From Lama glama (taxonomy: Eukaryota), in the NCBI GenBank assembly GCA_028534125.1, contig CM052817.1, forward strand, positions 10,480,001 to 10,544,000: a stretch of DNA of 64,000 nucleotides, written 5' to 3'. The notes beneath the pieces were generated by a model, which was not told the DNA's origin, did not search any database, and was given only the letters and a program-made list of their open reading frames with translations. Numbering within the stretch: the stretch's first letter is position 1; every line of letters starts with the position of its first letter. Positions 12,811-24,538 of this stretch are shown piece by piece. Both the position numbers and the translations under genes were made by a program.

Positions 12811-14342
12811 AGGAGTTGGGAAAAGGAAGGTGACTAGAAAGAAAGGGAAGTACAGAGATTCCTGAACAAGGAGTTTTTGTTCCCCTATCCAAAGTGGTAC
12901 CCAAAAGCCATTAACTTCTTGCACTGATGAAAAATAAGAGTTATGATCATAACTCTCTGGAGTTTGTTAAATGATGATCACATGCCTGCCATTGCCGTAA
13001 GCGTTAGCTGTATCAGGACTTTAAATCTGCACAGCTCTGGAAGGTAGGTACTTTGTGCCCATGAACTGATGAGTACACTGTGGGTCAGAGGGAATAAAGT
13101 TATGAATCTCAGCCATATGATGCTAGAACCTCCAGGATGAATAAGACGCAACTGGTGTTCATGCCAGATTTTGTCCTCACACCAGAGCCTGCAACACACA
13201 TCCCAACTCAAGTTTCAATCCAGGTATGCCCTGCAAAGATTTAGGAAGGCTAGAGGGGGAAATGCCTTGCGGGAGGTGGTATATAAGCCAATGTGGTAGA
13301 TCAAACCCAGATGTGAACAGCTCGAATGCCTAATGGAGTGTTTTGCTTCTTGCACAGAAACACCCCTCATTAAAATGACCAATGAACTATGATGATACTC
13401 CTCTTGTATGCAGTGAGGATTCTGTCAGTCACATGCCAGCTGTGATGGATCAGTGTTCTTAAAACAGAGAGGAAGGAAGGGTGGAGAGAAGGGGGCGAAG
13501 GCTGGAGAGAAAGCCTCTTCTGCACTTCTTCTGAAAATTGGAGGAAAGTGTGAATGCACAAGTGTGTATGGTGACATGTTTGTAAAACGCCAATTCACAA
13601 GCAACTGTCGGGGTCAGGAATCCATTAAAATCTTTCCAGTAACTGATCCCAAATGTGCAGACCGAATCCTGGCCAAAGAAGCTTCCTCACAGTGTGGGCA
13701 TTTAGCTAAGCTCCGCAGCTTTGGGTCGAACAAAATAAAACCCGTCACAGGTTGGACTGGCAGCCCTGGAAGTGGTACATGGAGCTGTGGTTTTCAGCTT
13801 TAGCTCTGACTCAGTGGCATGATGTGACCAGCCACGAGGCAACTTACACTATACAAAGTCCGAATGATTCATCCTGTGCAAGCGCTGAAGTGGGCTGCAG
13901 GTTATCCCCACAGATTTGCATCCCAGGCTGCCTCTTGGGAAGAAGATCTGAAAAGACTGGTGTATCAGGCCGCTAACCAGATACCTTGCCCTGGTTCGTG
14001 TCAGTACAGGCACGTGCACCTCAGCAGAAAGCAAGCCAGTACATGTGTGCGTGGGAAGTGCTGCATTCACACTCCACGGGGACGCGTGCCGGGACAGTGG
14101 TCCTCAGCCTCAGCATCGCCGGTGTCTGTCCCCAGCCTCTCTGTGCTGATGCGGGATCATCATAGAACCAGAGACACATCACAAAAGGCGACAGCTTTAG
14201 CAAGAAAAAGTTAATGAAGCCTTTAAAAGAATGGAAAGCCTTATAAAATGTTGCAAAAAGAAATTATAGGAAAAATCATAATGCTTTAAAATACAGCTGG
14301 ATAGCTGAAGCCTGTGCACCATCTAATCAGAATTAGCTAAAC

Positions 14343-14666
14343 CAGAGGCTGGTAAATGTTTCCTATGAAGGGCCAAGCAGAAGCATCTCAGGCGCGGCGG
14401 GCCGGGAGGTCTCTCCAGTCCGCCCTCGCGGCGGGAAAGCAGCCAGAGACGACGCGCACAAGCCTGGGCCCGGCTGTGGGCCGGTAGGACTTCATGTATG
14501 GACGCTGAAGTTCCCAGTTCATATAACTTTCACGTGCTGTCAAATCGTATTCTTCTTTTAATTTTTCCCCCAAGCATCTAAAATGTAAAAACCATTCTTA
14601 GCTTGACAGCCATTCACAAAGACAGGGTGGGTCTGACGGGCCCAGGGCTGTAGTTGGTCCTCCCTG
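14343..14666 (+). mobile_element. MER58B-like hAT-Charlie element with an unusually GC-rich 5' half
   Basis: cagaggctggtaaatgtttcctatgaagggcca...gaaagcagccagagac...catataactttcacgtg...tattcttctttt...aaaatgtaaaaaccattcttagct...ctgtagttggtcctccctg. The 5' part aligns to the MER58A copy at 3970. Confidence 0.85.
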
Positions 14667-15418
14667 GATTGGGTCACTAATATGGTGACATCTGAGCAAT
14701 GGGACCCCTGACGCGACTCTCAGGCAGTTATAGGATGACTCTGGGCAGCAAAGCCCTCGGGGAGAGAAGGGATGGAAAGGACAGTGGGACCAGCTGTAGG
14801 ACAGAGGGCCTTCTCAGCGCTTCTGCATGGCTGAGGGCACTTGATGGTGTTTGTGAACCTTCACAGGCCCCTAGGCAGAAAGCAAACATTTTTCTGCCGC
14901 ACACAGTGGGATGTTGTGGAGCCTAGAAGCCAGTTTCTCCACCGTCCTTTTCACTGGGGCAGCTCAAACCCTGCAAGAGGCTGACATTTCAGTAATGAAC
15001 TAATGTTACTCTGACAAAATGAAACAAAAACAATCAAAGTCACCATTTACATTAAGACATTTTTCTTTGAAGGCATTACTATAGATGAAAAAATAAAGTC
15101 TGCTCCAAGAATCAGATTGGGTTGTCTCTCCACAGCCTGGTTTTGGCCCTGTAGAAACCAGGGCTATGATTCCAGGGTGAGGCAGAGCTGATGAAGTGGG
15201 GAGTGGCCAAAGGCATTGGAATCCCCCAGCATGACCACAGACCCATTCGTCAAAGGCCTTTATCTACTGTAGCTTGGTCGTGGAAGCGGTCCATTACCTG
15301 TGTCAGCCAATCAGGGTGTCATTTTGTGCCATCTCTGGTTGTGAAAAAGTCCTTTTAAGAGAAGCTATCAATCCCCTTCCAGGATGGGTCTACATGACCT
15401 TGGCCACTATACTGCCAT

Positions 15419-15598
15419 CAGGTGCTCCCCTCGGCCCAGACAACTGTATTAGACTCACATGCAGAGCTTTAAAAAAAATACAGATACTTAAGGTCCACCC
15501 AGACTGTTTCTGATTCAGTCAACAGATGTGTATTTGGAAAAAAAAAAAAAGTCACCCAGGTCATTCTAATATCAGTCGGGTTTGAGCTCACTTCTCTA
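15419..15598. mobile_element. MER5-like hAT-Charlie MITE
   Basis: ctgtattagactcacatgcagagctttaaaaaaaatacagat...tctgattcagt...cccaggtcattctaat...tttgagctcactt. Confidence 0.7.
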
Positions 15599-16149
15599 GT
15601 TAACCAGCCAGGCCAGTCTTCACAGCGGTGAAGGAGTGTGGAAACGGACAGTCTCCACAGAAATCGCTGTGGCCAAGCTCGGCGCGAGCCTCGGGGACTG
15701 CCAAGCATTCTATTTCCATCCTGAGTAACATTGAATTACAAGTTTTTACATAATTTCGGCTTTAAACCACACCTTGTGTCTGCCCCAGTAGAACTATACC
15801 CTCCCCCAATACATTCAGTTATTCACACTTATTTTTTCCCCAAATACATCACTTTCAATTCAACCATCAGAAAACATTTGTTGAGCACAAACTATATGCA
15901 CGACTGACAGCTACCTGTGGCCTCTGCCTGCGGCAGGTGCTTTTCTCCACATGCGTAATCTCACGCTGCCAAGCCGAAGCTCCTTATTACAGCGCCGGGA
16001 TGCTTTGCGCCTCAAGGCTAGAGACATGCAGCTCCGTCTGCTTGGATTGATTACCTCCTCCTCCACCTGCAAATAACTAACCTCTATCTCTCTCTCCAAA
16101 TCAGCTAAACTACTGCGTGCTCTGGGAGGCTCTCCCTGGCCCGCCAGAG

Positions 16150-16600
16150 TTTCTCCCCTGGACCACAGCAGTCACCCCTGACTGCTCTCTTTGCTGCCCC
16201 TCTGGCCCCCTTTTGCATCCTTCACACAGCATTGGAAGGACTTTTGAAAAATATAAATCAAATCAAGTCACTCCTCCACTTAAAACTTTCCTATGATTCC
16301 CTATGAAACTTGAAAGGTGTAGCCAACTCCCCTCCATGGCCTCTGAGACTCCCCCGATGGGACCTGGCCTCTGGTCACCTGTCTGATGCCACCTGTGTCT
16401 CCTTCCCTTCTCCTCCTCCACCCTCACTGGCCTCCTTGCTCTTCTCAAATCTACCACCCGCGCTCCTGCCTTAGGGGTTTTGTGCTTGCCTCCCTCCGCC
16501 TGAACCCTCATTTCCCTGAGCACACGGTGGGCACTGTTTTCATTCCTGTCCCCGCCCCTACCTCCCTCCACAGGGAGGCTTCCTTGAGCCCTCAGCACAG
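16150..16600 (+). mobile_element. LINE-2 fragment
   Basis: cacacagca...aaatataaatcaaatcaagtcactcctccacttaaaactttcc...cactggcctccttgctcttctcaaa...ctcctgccttagggg, the classic L2 3' region. Confidence 0.8.
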
Positions 16601-16859
16601 TGTTCGGGATAGACTGGCGGGCAAGATAAAGTCCCTGTTCTCAATTTGACATTCTATTAGGAGCAGACAGAAAGCCAGATCTACATTAATAAGGTTGACT
16701 CAAGCAGTGGTAAGTAATGTAAAGAAAATAAAACAAAATGATGTGATAGAAATTTGTTCCCCATCACAGTGCTGGCACCTACAACAGCACTTGGAATGCT
16801 GTTGGCATTGAGTAAATAGTAGTTAAAAAATGAGTTCCCTTTTGCGTATGCACATTCTT

Positions 16860-17690
16860 TTTTCATATTAAAACAAAATGGATCATAATTTATGTACTGT
16901 CCTATGTTCTACATTTTTCTGTTAATATATCTTGGATAGTTTTTCACATAAGCACATGCAGACCTACCCAGTTATTTATTGTTTTCATCCAATTGAATTG
17001 CACAGAGTTTATTTTTATTTACCCAGTTTTCTGGTGACAGATCATTTTTGTTTTGTTTTTCTTTATTTTTTGGTAATTCGAAACATCACTTTACCGAACA
17101 TCATAAATATGTATCTTGATACACTGGGCACCATATTAGTGAAGAAAATTCCTGGGGATGAAGTGATTGGATTAAAATAATACAAGCAATATAATTTTGA
17201 TAGATGTTGCCAAATTATCCTCAAAAACGATGCTGCTGTTTGAACTCTTTTATGCTCCCGGTGGGTAATTATAATAATGCTTTTTCCATATACCTCATAG
17301 TTCCCCTGTATTACCAGACTTTTAGTTTGTCAATCTGATAGATTTCTCCTTGTTCTGTTTGATTTGCATTTCTTTAACTATGAATGATGTGGAGCATCTT
17401 TTCTTATGTTTATTGGCTATTTGCATTCCTTTCTGAACTGTCTTTTCACATCCTTTGCCCTTTATTCTCTTGGGTTATTCATCTTTTTTCTTATTCTTCT
17501 CCGTGGGTTCTTTGTAAATTGAGGAAATTTGCTTTATGATTCACATTGCAAATATTTCTTCCTGGTTTGTCTTTTTTTTTTTCACTTATTTATTTTACAT
17601 TTATTTATTAGTGTATTTTTATCTGCTATACAGAGGTTTTTGAGTTGTATAAATGCAAACGTATTATTTTTTTTTTGTGGTTCCTAGGCA
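16860..17690 (-). mobile_element. Old LINE-1 (L1ME-like) 3' fragment
   Basis: T-rich strand carrying gatttgcatttctttaactatgaatgatgtggagcatcttttcttatgtttattggctatttg, the reverse complement of the L1 ORF2 end. Confidence 0.8.
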
Positions 17691-17746
17691 ATGATTTATT
17701 TTTCATATAATAAACATCATAGTGTTCTCATCAAGAACAAAATTAT

Positions 17747-18105
17747 TGCCTTAGTCCATTTGGACTGCTAAAACAAAATGCCACAGACTGGGTGGCTTTA
17801 AACAGAGATTTATTTCTGCCAGTTCTGGAAGCTGGGAAGTCCAAGATCAAGGCACCAGCAGATTCAGTGTCTGGTGAGGGCCTTCTTCCTAATTCACAGA
17901 CAGAAGCTTTCTGTGTCCTCACTTGGTGGAAGGGGTAAGGGAGCTCTCTTTTATCTCCTTTATAAAGGCACTAATCCAATTCAGGAGGGCTCCACCTTCA
18001 TGACCTAATCACCTCCCACAGGCTCCCCACCTCCTAATACCATGGCACTGGGGATTAGCTTTTCACATGTGAATTTGGAGGGGCATAAACATTCAGTCTA
18101 TAGTA
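17747..18105 (-). mobile_element. MaLR solo LTR, MLT1A-like
   Basis: tgccttagtccatttggactgcta...cagactgggtggcttta...gtccaagatcaaggcaccagcagattcagtgtctggtgagggcc...catgacctaatcacctccca...aacattcagtctatagta. Confidence 0.9.
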
Positions 18106-19089
18106 GTCAAGTGAAAGTCAAAATTCCTAGAATCTTGGCATTAAGAGGGCCCTTATAGAAAGTCAAGGAAAACTTTCTAGTGAATGACAGAATCTCTTCA
18201 TTGATATCTCTGACAGAAGATCAGCCAGATTCTCCCTCAGCCTCCACAGGAGTTGAGTTTCCTATTTGAAGAGGCAATCTTTTATATTGTTAAACAACTT
18301 TTTATTCATCTGTTCAAAAGGAACTGTGGGTACAGCATGCACAGGGGTCAAGGGCCAGAAATGATGGCACCTTCCTGGTCTGCACATTCTTCATCTTTAG
18401 TGTGAGTTAGTTCCTCCTAATACAGAGCCAAACACTGTCTCCTGGTGTTTCCTCGTGACTTGGTAATAAAGTGAGCACATTTGAAATAACAGATTCTGCC
18501 AATCTTTTCGATCCAAAATCAAACCAACACTTCATGATAAGGATCATCACTAACTAATTGTATAGTAAATTCTGGCACAGATTTTATTCTCTGGTGATGT
18601 TATCAAGTAATAAGTATTTCCTTCCAGTTCATAGGATGTACTTCTGTGAGTTTGCCTGTGAGACAAGTTCTGTATATCAATGCAATTTCCCACTGACTTT
18701 TATTATGTAATTAGGTATATGACGGTCTTGTACCAACATCCGTTATGCAAATAGAGCTATGTTCCCATGGAGGGTGTTGCAGATGGAGTGGTTTATAGAA
18801 CACCTAGAAACAGAAAGGCACTGCACTAAGAACCGTGTGAGAAATAAGGCAGTAATTCCAACCTTCAAAAATAAAAACTACAGAGAAGAGGAGCAAGGGA
18901 GGAAAAGGCCAGAGAGAGATTTATAGCTTAAAATGATCATTACTCCAAAGAAAAACTGCAGCCTTTTATTGCTCACTTCTCTCTTCTCTGGGGGGAAAAT
19001 CAACAGAAGTACCTGGGAGACTAGAATTCCCATGATGCACTCTGTTCCCAAGATGGCTGATGCTGCCTCCACTGAGGACACATGAATGG

Positions 19090-19233
19090 TAGGGTTGCCA
19101 GATTTTGCAAAAAGAAGAAGAAAAAATGCAGAACACTCAGCTAAATTAGGATTTCGGGTAAACAATGATTAATTTTAGTGTAAATATGTCTCAAATATTG
19201 CATTGGTGCCCTGATTTCTATCTGGCAATACTA
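19090..19233. mobile_element. MER53-like hAT MITE, internally deleted
   Basis: TIRs tagggttgccaga / tctggcaatacta, flanked by a near-perfect 8-bp TSD atgaatgg (19082-19089) / acgaatgg (19234-19241), the length expected for hAT elements. Confidence 0.85.
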
Positions 19234-19864
19234 ACGAATGGTCAACTTCTTATCGTCCCTCTGGAAATGTTAAATTCCATAAAGATGACCCTTGGGGTAA
19301 CCCCAAATGTACGAGCTCCTTCTACTGTGTGTTAAAAACTCTTGGTTGCCATGTCAGATGCCATCCTCATCCTGAGATGTTCCTAACGTCTTAGGGAAAA
19401 ACCCAACCACATATCTCATCTACCCCTAAACATACTCTGACCTGAGGAACAACTACTACATGCTTTCCCACCAGAAACTCCCAGCGAGTTAAAAAAGATC
19501 ACGGTGTTTGTTCCATTTCAAATGGTAGTTCGTATTCGATCACGTCATACCTGCAAAGATGGTCTTGAATTGGAAGGAGACACGCTGTCTTCCCAGGGTC
19601 TTGTATAAATACACAAAGTGGGAGGACTTGAGGGGAAAACAAAATCTCATTGGCTCATAAGTGAAAGTAATCACTTCTGACATCTCCTGGACCGGTCTGA
19701 ATACAAAAACAGTCTAGGTAATGACTTCATGAAGAAAGTTAAAGCCCCCTGCTGAATAGATAAGAATAAATGTCCTCATCAGCTTCCACAAGTAAAGGGA
19801 CAAATGAGAGAGCAAATCTCAGCCAATATCGTGCACGACGAATATAAACAGCTCTCATTTTGCG

Positions 19865-20040
19865 TTAAGTGTGTTTTATATATATTAACTCATTTGTTAC
19901 TCAGAACAGTCCTGTGAGGGAGGAACTCTTATTAGTTCCATTTTACTGCTGAGAAGCCTGACTCGCAGAGGAGCTAACGAATGACCCAAGGTTACACCAC
20001 CAGGAAGTAGCCGAGATGGAATTCGAACCAAGGCAGGGAG
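19865..20040 (-). mobile_element. MIR SINE
   Basis: tatattaactcattt...cctgtgagg...ccattttac...gacccaaggttacac...ggaattcgaaccaaggcag. Confidence 0.8.
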
Positions 20041-20842
20041 TACAATGTTTCCTTTCCACGATGCCACTTTTTCCTCAGAGTAGCTGGCAAGCGAAAAGCA
20101 AAATAAAATCTTCTCAATAACCATGTGGAGCAAATTGAATGGCCTCTCCAGAGGGTTTATTCTGATTCTACGAGAATCCACACTGGGCAGCCACAGCCTC
20201 CACAGCACATACCTAAATACCCAGCAGACCCCCTTTCCACTGACAAGCATCACAACTGTCTATGGACAGCCCCGTCACCCATTCTGCTCCCAAAAGTGAA
20301 GCAAAGAGGATGACAAAAGAGTAGAGTGGACTGAATGCCTGAGACCTGCCTGGCAGCCCCAGGACTTTGAACCAGTCATGGGCTCACCCCTGCCATGGTT
20401 TCCTCATCAGAACAGAAAACGATAAGGTGGTCGTGGCAGCCAGCCTAGAGCGAGTCCCTACTCCACATGTACGGCACCTAGAAGGCTGGGCTCCTGACTC
20501 CCATGGCTGCCCCCACTTTGTAGATGAGGTGATTGCATCACAGAGGAACAAAGTCACCTTCCAGAAGTCATATATCCAACAAGGGGCAGAGCCAGGAGTT
20601 CCTCATGCCTGCCTCACTTCCTGGAAGCAGCTATAGCCTGTGGGCTGCATGGTTGTGGTGTTCATGCCGCCAGGGAGCTGGTCCTGGTCTTACACTTATT
20701 TCTGGCTGTGTGATACGTTATTTAACATTTCTATGTCTTGTTTACTTCATCTATAAGCCAGGGGAAATTGCAGACTTTCAGTGACAATTACGGAAGATAA
20801 TATATGTAAATTGCCTAGAATATAGTCATCAACGCAACCTGG

Positions 20843-20946
20843 CTATTACTGTTGCAATTTCTGTTACTACTATTACTACTACCATTGCCATTACTAGTAC
20901 TATTATTATTACCATCGCTATTACTATCGTTCTCGCCACTGCTATT
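20843..20946. repeat. Degenerate (TAC/TAT)n low-complexity tract at a MIR tail
   Basis: ttactactattactactaccattgccattactagtactattattattaccatcgctattactatc follows a + strand MIR remnant at about 20690-20850. Confidence 0.75.
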
Positions 20947-22819
20947 TATGCCTCTCCTATTTCAGCACCCTGTCTCTGTCTTATAAAAGGAAGAATCGAC
21001 AGCTCAAAAGGTCTGTAATTCTTGAAATTCTAGAAATCTGGAAGGGAAAAAAGAAAACAAAGACCATAGTTACTTCAAGAGAAAGAAGTCTTTATGGAGG
21101 GCTGCTGGGAAAAGATCAAAAGGAGAAAAGATCTGAAATATCCAACCCTTTGAGTTTCAAATATTTTATTCCCATTTGGTTTGAGATATTCAAGTCCCAA
21201 ACTTGGCGTGAACTTGGAAAGTTCTCTCCTTGGTTATCAATGTATTTCCTAAGAAGGATCCACGCAATAAAGGAATCCAAACTGAAAATGCCCTGAATTC
21301 TCCCATCCCCTGCCGTCCCCTCAACTCTACTCGCCCTCCGCCTCAATCACCTGAACGTGCCCACGGGCAGTGTTTCAAAAGGCGGCACTTAAGTTTCCAC
21401 CTGTCCCTCTTATTCAATGTCTTCTCTCTCCCAGGGTAGTTTTAAGAGGTAAATAAGGACAAAATGAAGATGAAAGAAGCTTCTATTGTGTTCTAAGCTT
21501 TGTTGGACTTTATTCTCCTGGTCAAGTGCCTCTCCCCCCGCACAGCCTGTGGGTGGGTTAGCATCCTACTCCTCGTGTCTACTTCATTCATCAGGAGAGG
21601 AAAGGATGGCTGCTGAGATCAGGTGCCTTCTTGGACTGTGTGGGGACTGATGGAGGCCACATGCTGGCAGAGTTTGCACAGACACACGTCCACATACGGA
21701 CACTGGTAACTTGGCCAGAGCCTCACTCCTTACTGTGACTTAAGAGGCTACTAGTGACTGCTCTTGACCTTTCACACCCTATCACTCCCACTCTCCCATA
21801 TTGAATTGCTCCGAGTCCTTGAATGCCCACTGTGCTCTCTCTCCCTTCATTCATGTCTGATGCAAACAGTTCTTCTGTATGGAAAACTCCCTTCCCCACC
21901 TCCTTCCTTCTACTCATTCTGAATGGTGAGGTGTAAACGTGGCATCTTCCAGGCAGTCATTCCAGATCACAGAGCCTGGGCTCCTTGTCCTGCCTATGTG
22001 TCCCTCTATTCTGAGTGTCAGCTAACCCGCATTTATTCAGCATCTTCTTATGTGCTGAGCCCTGCTCTAAGCAATGGAGGAAGGGTCATTTTAGGGAGGA
22101 ATGAGGACAGCATCAGCTACAAGAGGATGCTGTGGTCAAGAGTAAGTGCAGGAGGCTGCATGAAATTGGGAAACCAGAGATGAGCCTTCTAAAGGGGGAG
22201 CTACTATTTAAGCAGAATCTTGGAGGCTGAGAAATCAACCATAGAAGGATCTGGAATAGAATATTCCAGGGGGAAAGAGCTATGTACACATGCTGGGGCC
22301 AGAATGGGTGTGGTGTGTGGGAGGGACAGGGAACTCCCTGGGGGGCAGTACTAGTGGTCTGTTGGTGTGTCAGTAAAACCATTGTCACGGCCAGTTTACA
22401 TTCACTGTCATCTGATGGACACTGAGCACTTGGACATATGAGGAGAGGTTTAGAACAAGACAGTCATTGCTACCACTTACTGGCTGTGCAGCCTTGGGCA
22501 AGTTAGTTAACTCCTCTGATCCTCAGCATGTTATTAAAAGTAGACCTTGGAGTTTGTCAGACTGCTGCTATTTTGAGAATGGGGTAGCAAAATGTTTAAC
22601 TTGTCTGACATTCCTTTTTCTTCTATGCCAAGTTTGTCACCCACATAAGCCTGACATTCAGGATACAGTCAATATATTGTGCACATTATCCTTGCTGCTG
22701 TCACTCATTTGTGTGGAAGGAATAATACCAGCAATTCGCAGATCTTTTGAAAAAGAAATACAAATTACGTACAGCACCCAAAACATAGTAAGGATTTACC
22801 GTGTTAGCGTAGCGGACAG

Positions 22820-23218
22820 TCCTTAGTTTGTGTTTTCCCAGCAAACGTTTCTCCATCTACTAGAATCATTATTTCCTTGAGGGAGGGACTTCTTCCAGTT
22901 GGATGTATTTGGTGGGACTGTTAATTGGGCGCCCTTTATCTCCCCAGCCAAGTGCCCCACACAAAGCCAAGCAGATACCTCTTCCCTGAAATCTGAATCA
23001 TGAGCATAGTCAACAAGACGGAAAAACATGGCATTCATTCATTCCAGCAATGGCGCGTAAGCAAGTCTTCCTGTGTGAGAGCATCACTGTGACTTCTGCT
23101 TCCTCCAGTCTCTGGTAAGGTCTGTTCTTTTTCTATCAATTCCAGAGTTTCCTTACAGTCTTCTGATACATTGCCTTTTGTTTAAATTAAGCAGGGTTAT
23201 TTTCTTTTGCTTGCGACT
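22820..23218 (+). mobile_element. Old ERVL-type LTR (LTR16/LTR33-like)
   Basis: The 3' end gatacattgccttttgtttaaattaagcagggttattttcttttgcttgcgac resembles LTR16/33 termini. The body is diverged. Confidence 0.4.
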
Positions 23219-24107
23219 CCATATTATCCATCTCTAGAGCTGCATGATGATGATGATGATGATTGTTGTTATTGTAATTGTTAGAAAAGGGGGTTTAACT
23301 AATTAACTAACAAACAATTATTGTTTATGGTTATTTTTGATGAACTAACCTGCCCACAAATGCCCTGCCTAACTGGGGAGTAGATAATAAAATCAAAAGC
23401 ACGCTGCACACGTCTCTGCTTATCTTCACCCTTATGTCCCCACCTGCTCTTTATACACATCTGTTCACATAGCTTGTATGATTTGTAGTTAAAGACTAAA
23501 TCTTGGCTAAAGTTCAAAGTAAGGGAAAGTTTTCAAATGATGGATTGGGCCTCTGGTTTAATGTCTAGTCTCAAGGTCAGAGATGCAGTCCCATAACGAA
23601 AACCTTTGATCAAATATGAGTAGAAAATGATGCCTGCAAGGCTGGGCACTTTGTGGGGAGGACAAGGACATAGATTCCAATCTCCCCTACATGGGGAAGC
23701 CACAGACAGCTCTCTTAACAATGACTCTAATGAAACACTAAGACAGGCAGATGGAAAATAAAGATGAAGAGGTAACATTCCAGAGGACCTGGAGGGGTCC
23801 CACATGTTCCTCTAGGTCTGGGACTCTGTGATTCTACCTATGATTTTATTGACTTTTATTTGTGTATGTGTGTGTGCATAAGGATCATTGGTTTAAGAGG
23901 AAATTTTACCTACCTACACGATGATCTTTAACTTACTCAAGTTTCCCACCTATATAATAAGAGTATCATGAATGCTGTTGCTAGTTGTGAAATAATTGTA
24001 TAAGCTCTTTTCACAGTTTATTTAAACACCATCAGGTATAATTTACAAAGTTGTAAAGACTAGAGCCAGTCTGGAGCCTTCCCTGCCCCGCCCCCACCAA
24101 CCCCGCC

Positions 24108-24538
24108 ACGGTAGATTGAATCTGTGTCCACACTTCTTCATGCCCTCCCTGTATTAGAATCACACGTTCCACCGTGTGGGATCTGACTGCCAGATCTGAC
24201 GGAGTGGGTGGGGTGTATTTTTTCCACACTTTGAGGTTGGGCATGACCATGTGACATCCTTGACCAAAAGAAAGTGGGCTGAAGTCTCAGGAGGCAGAGC
24301 GCATCTCCTCTCTCTCCTTCTCCTCTGGCAATTGAGAAAAATGAGAACAAGATGATGAAAGCGGCTCTTCTAAGGAGAATGAGGCGCATTGAACCCTGAG
24401 CCAAGCCTGGCCAACCTGAGCCTGACACCGAGCTGCCCAAGTCTAGCACAGACCCATGAAGCAAAAATAAATGGTTGCTGTTTTAAGACACTCGGTTTGG
24501 TGCTATGCAACAATATTGTGATGATAGCTGAGCAATGT
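24108..24538 (+). mobile_element. MaLR LTR, MLT1H/I/J-like
   Basis: ggtagattg...ttgggcatgaccatgtgacatccttgaccaaaagaaagtggg...cagacccatgaagcaaaaataaatggttgctgttttaagacact...gatagctga. Confidence 0.75.
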
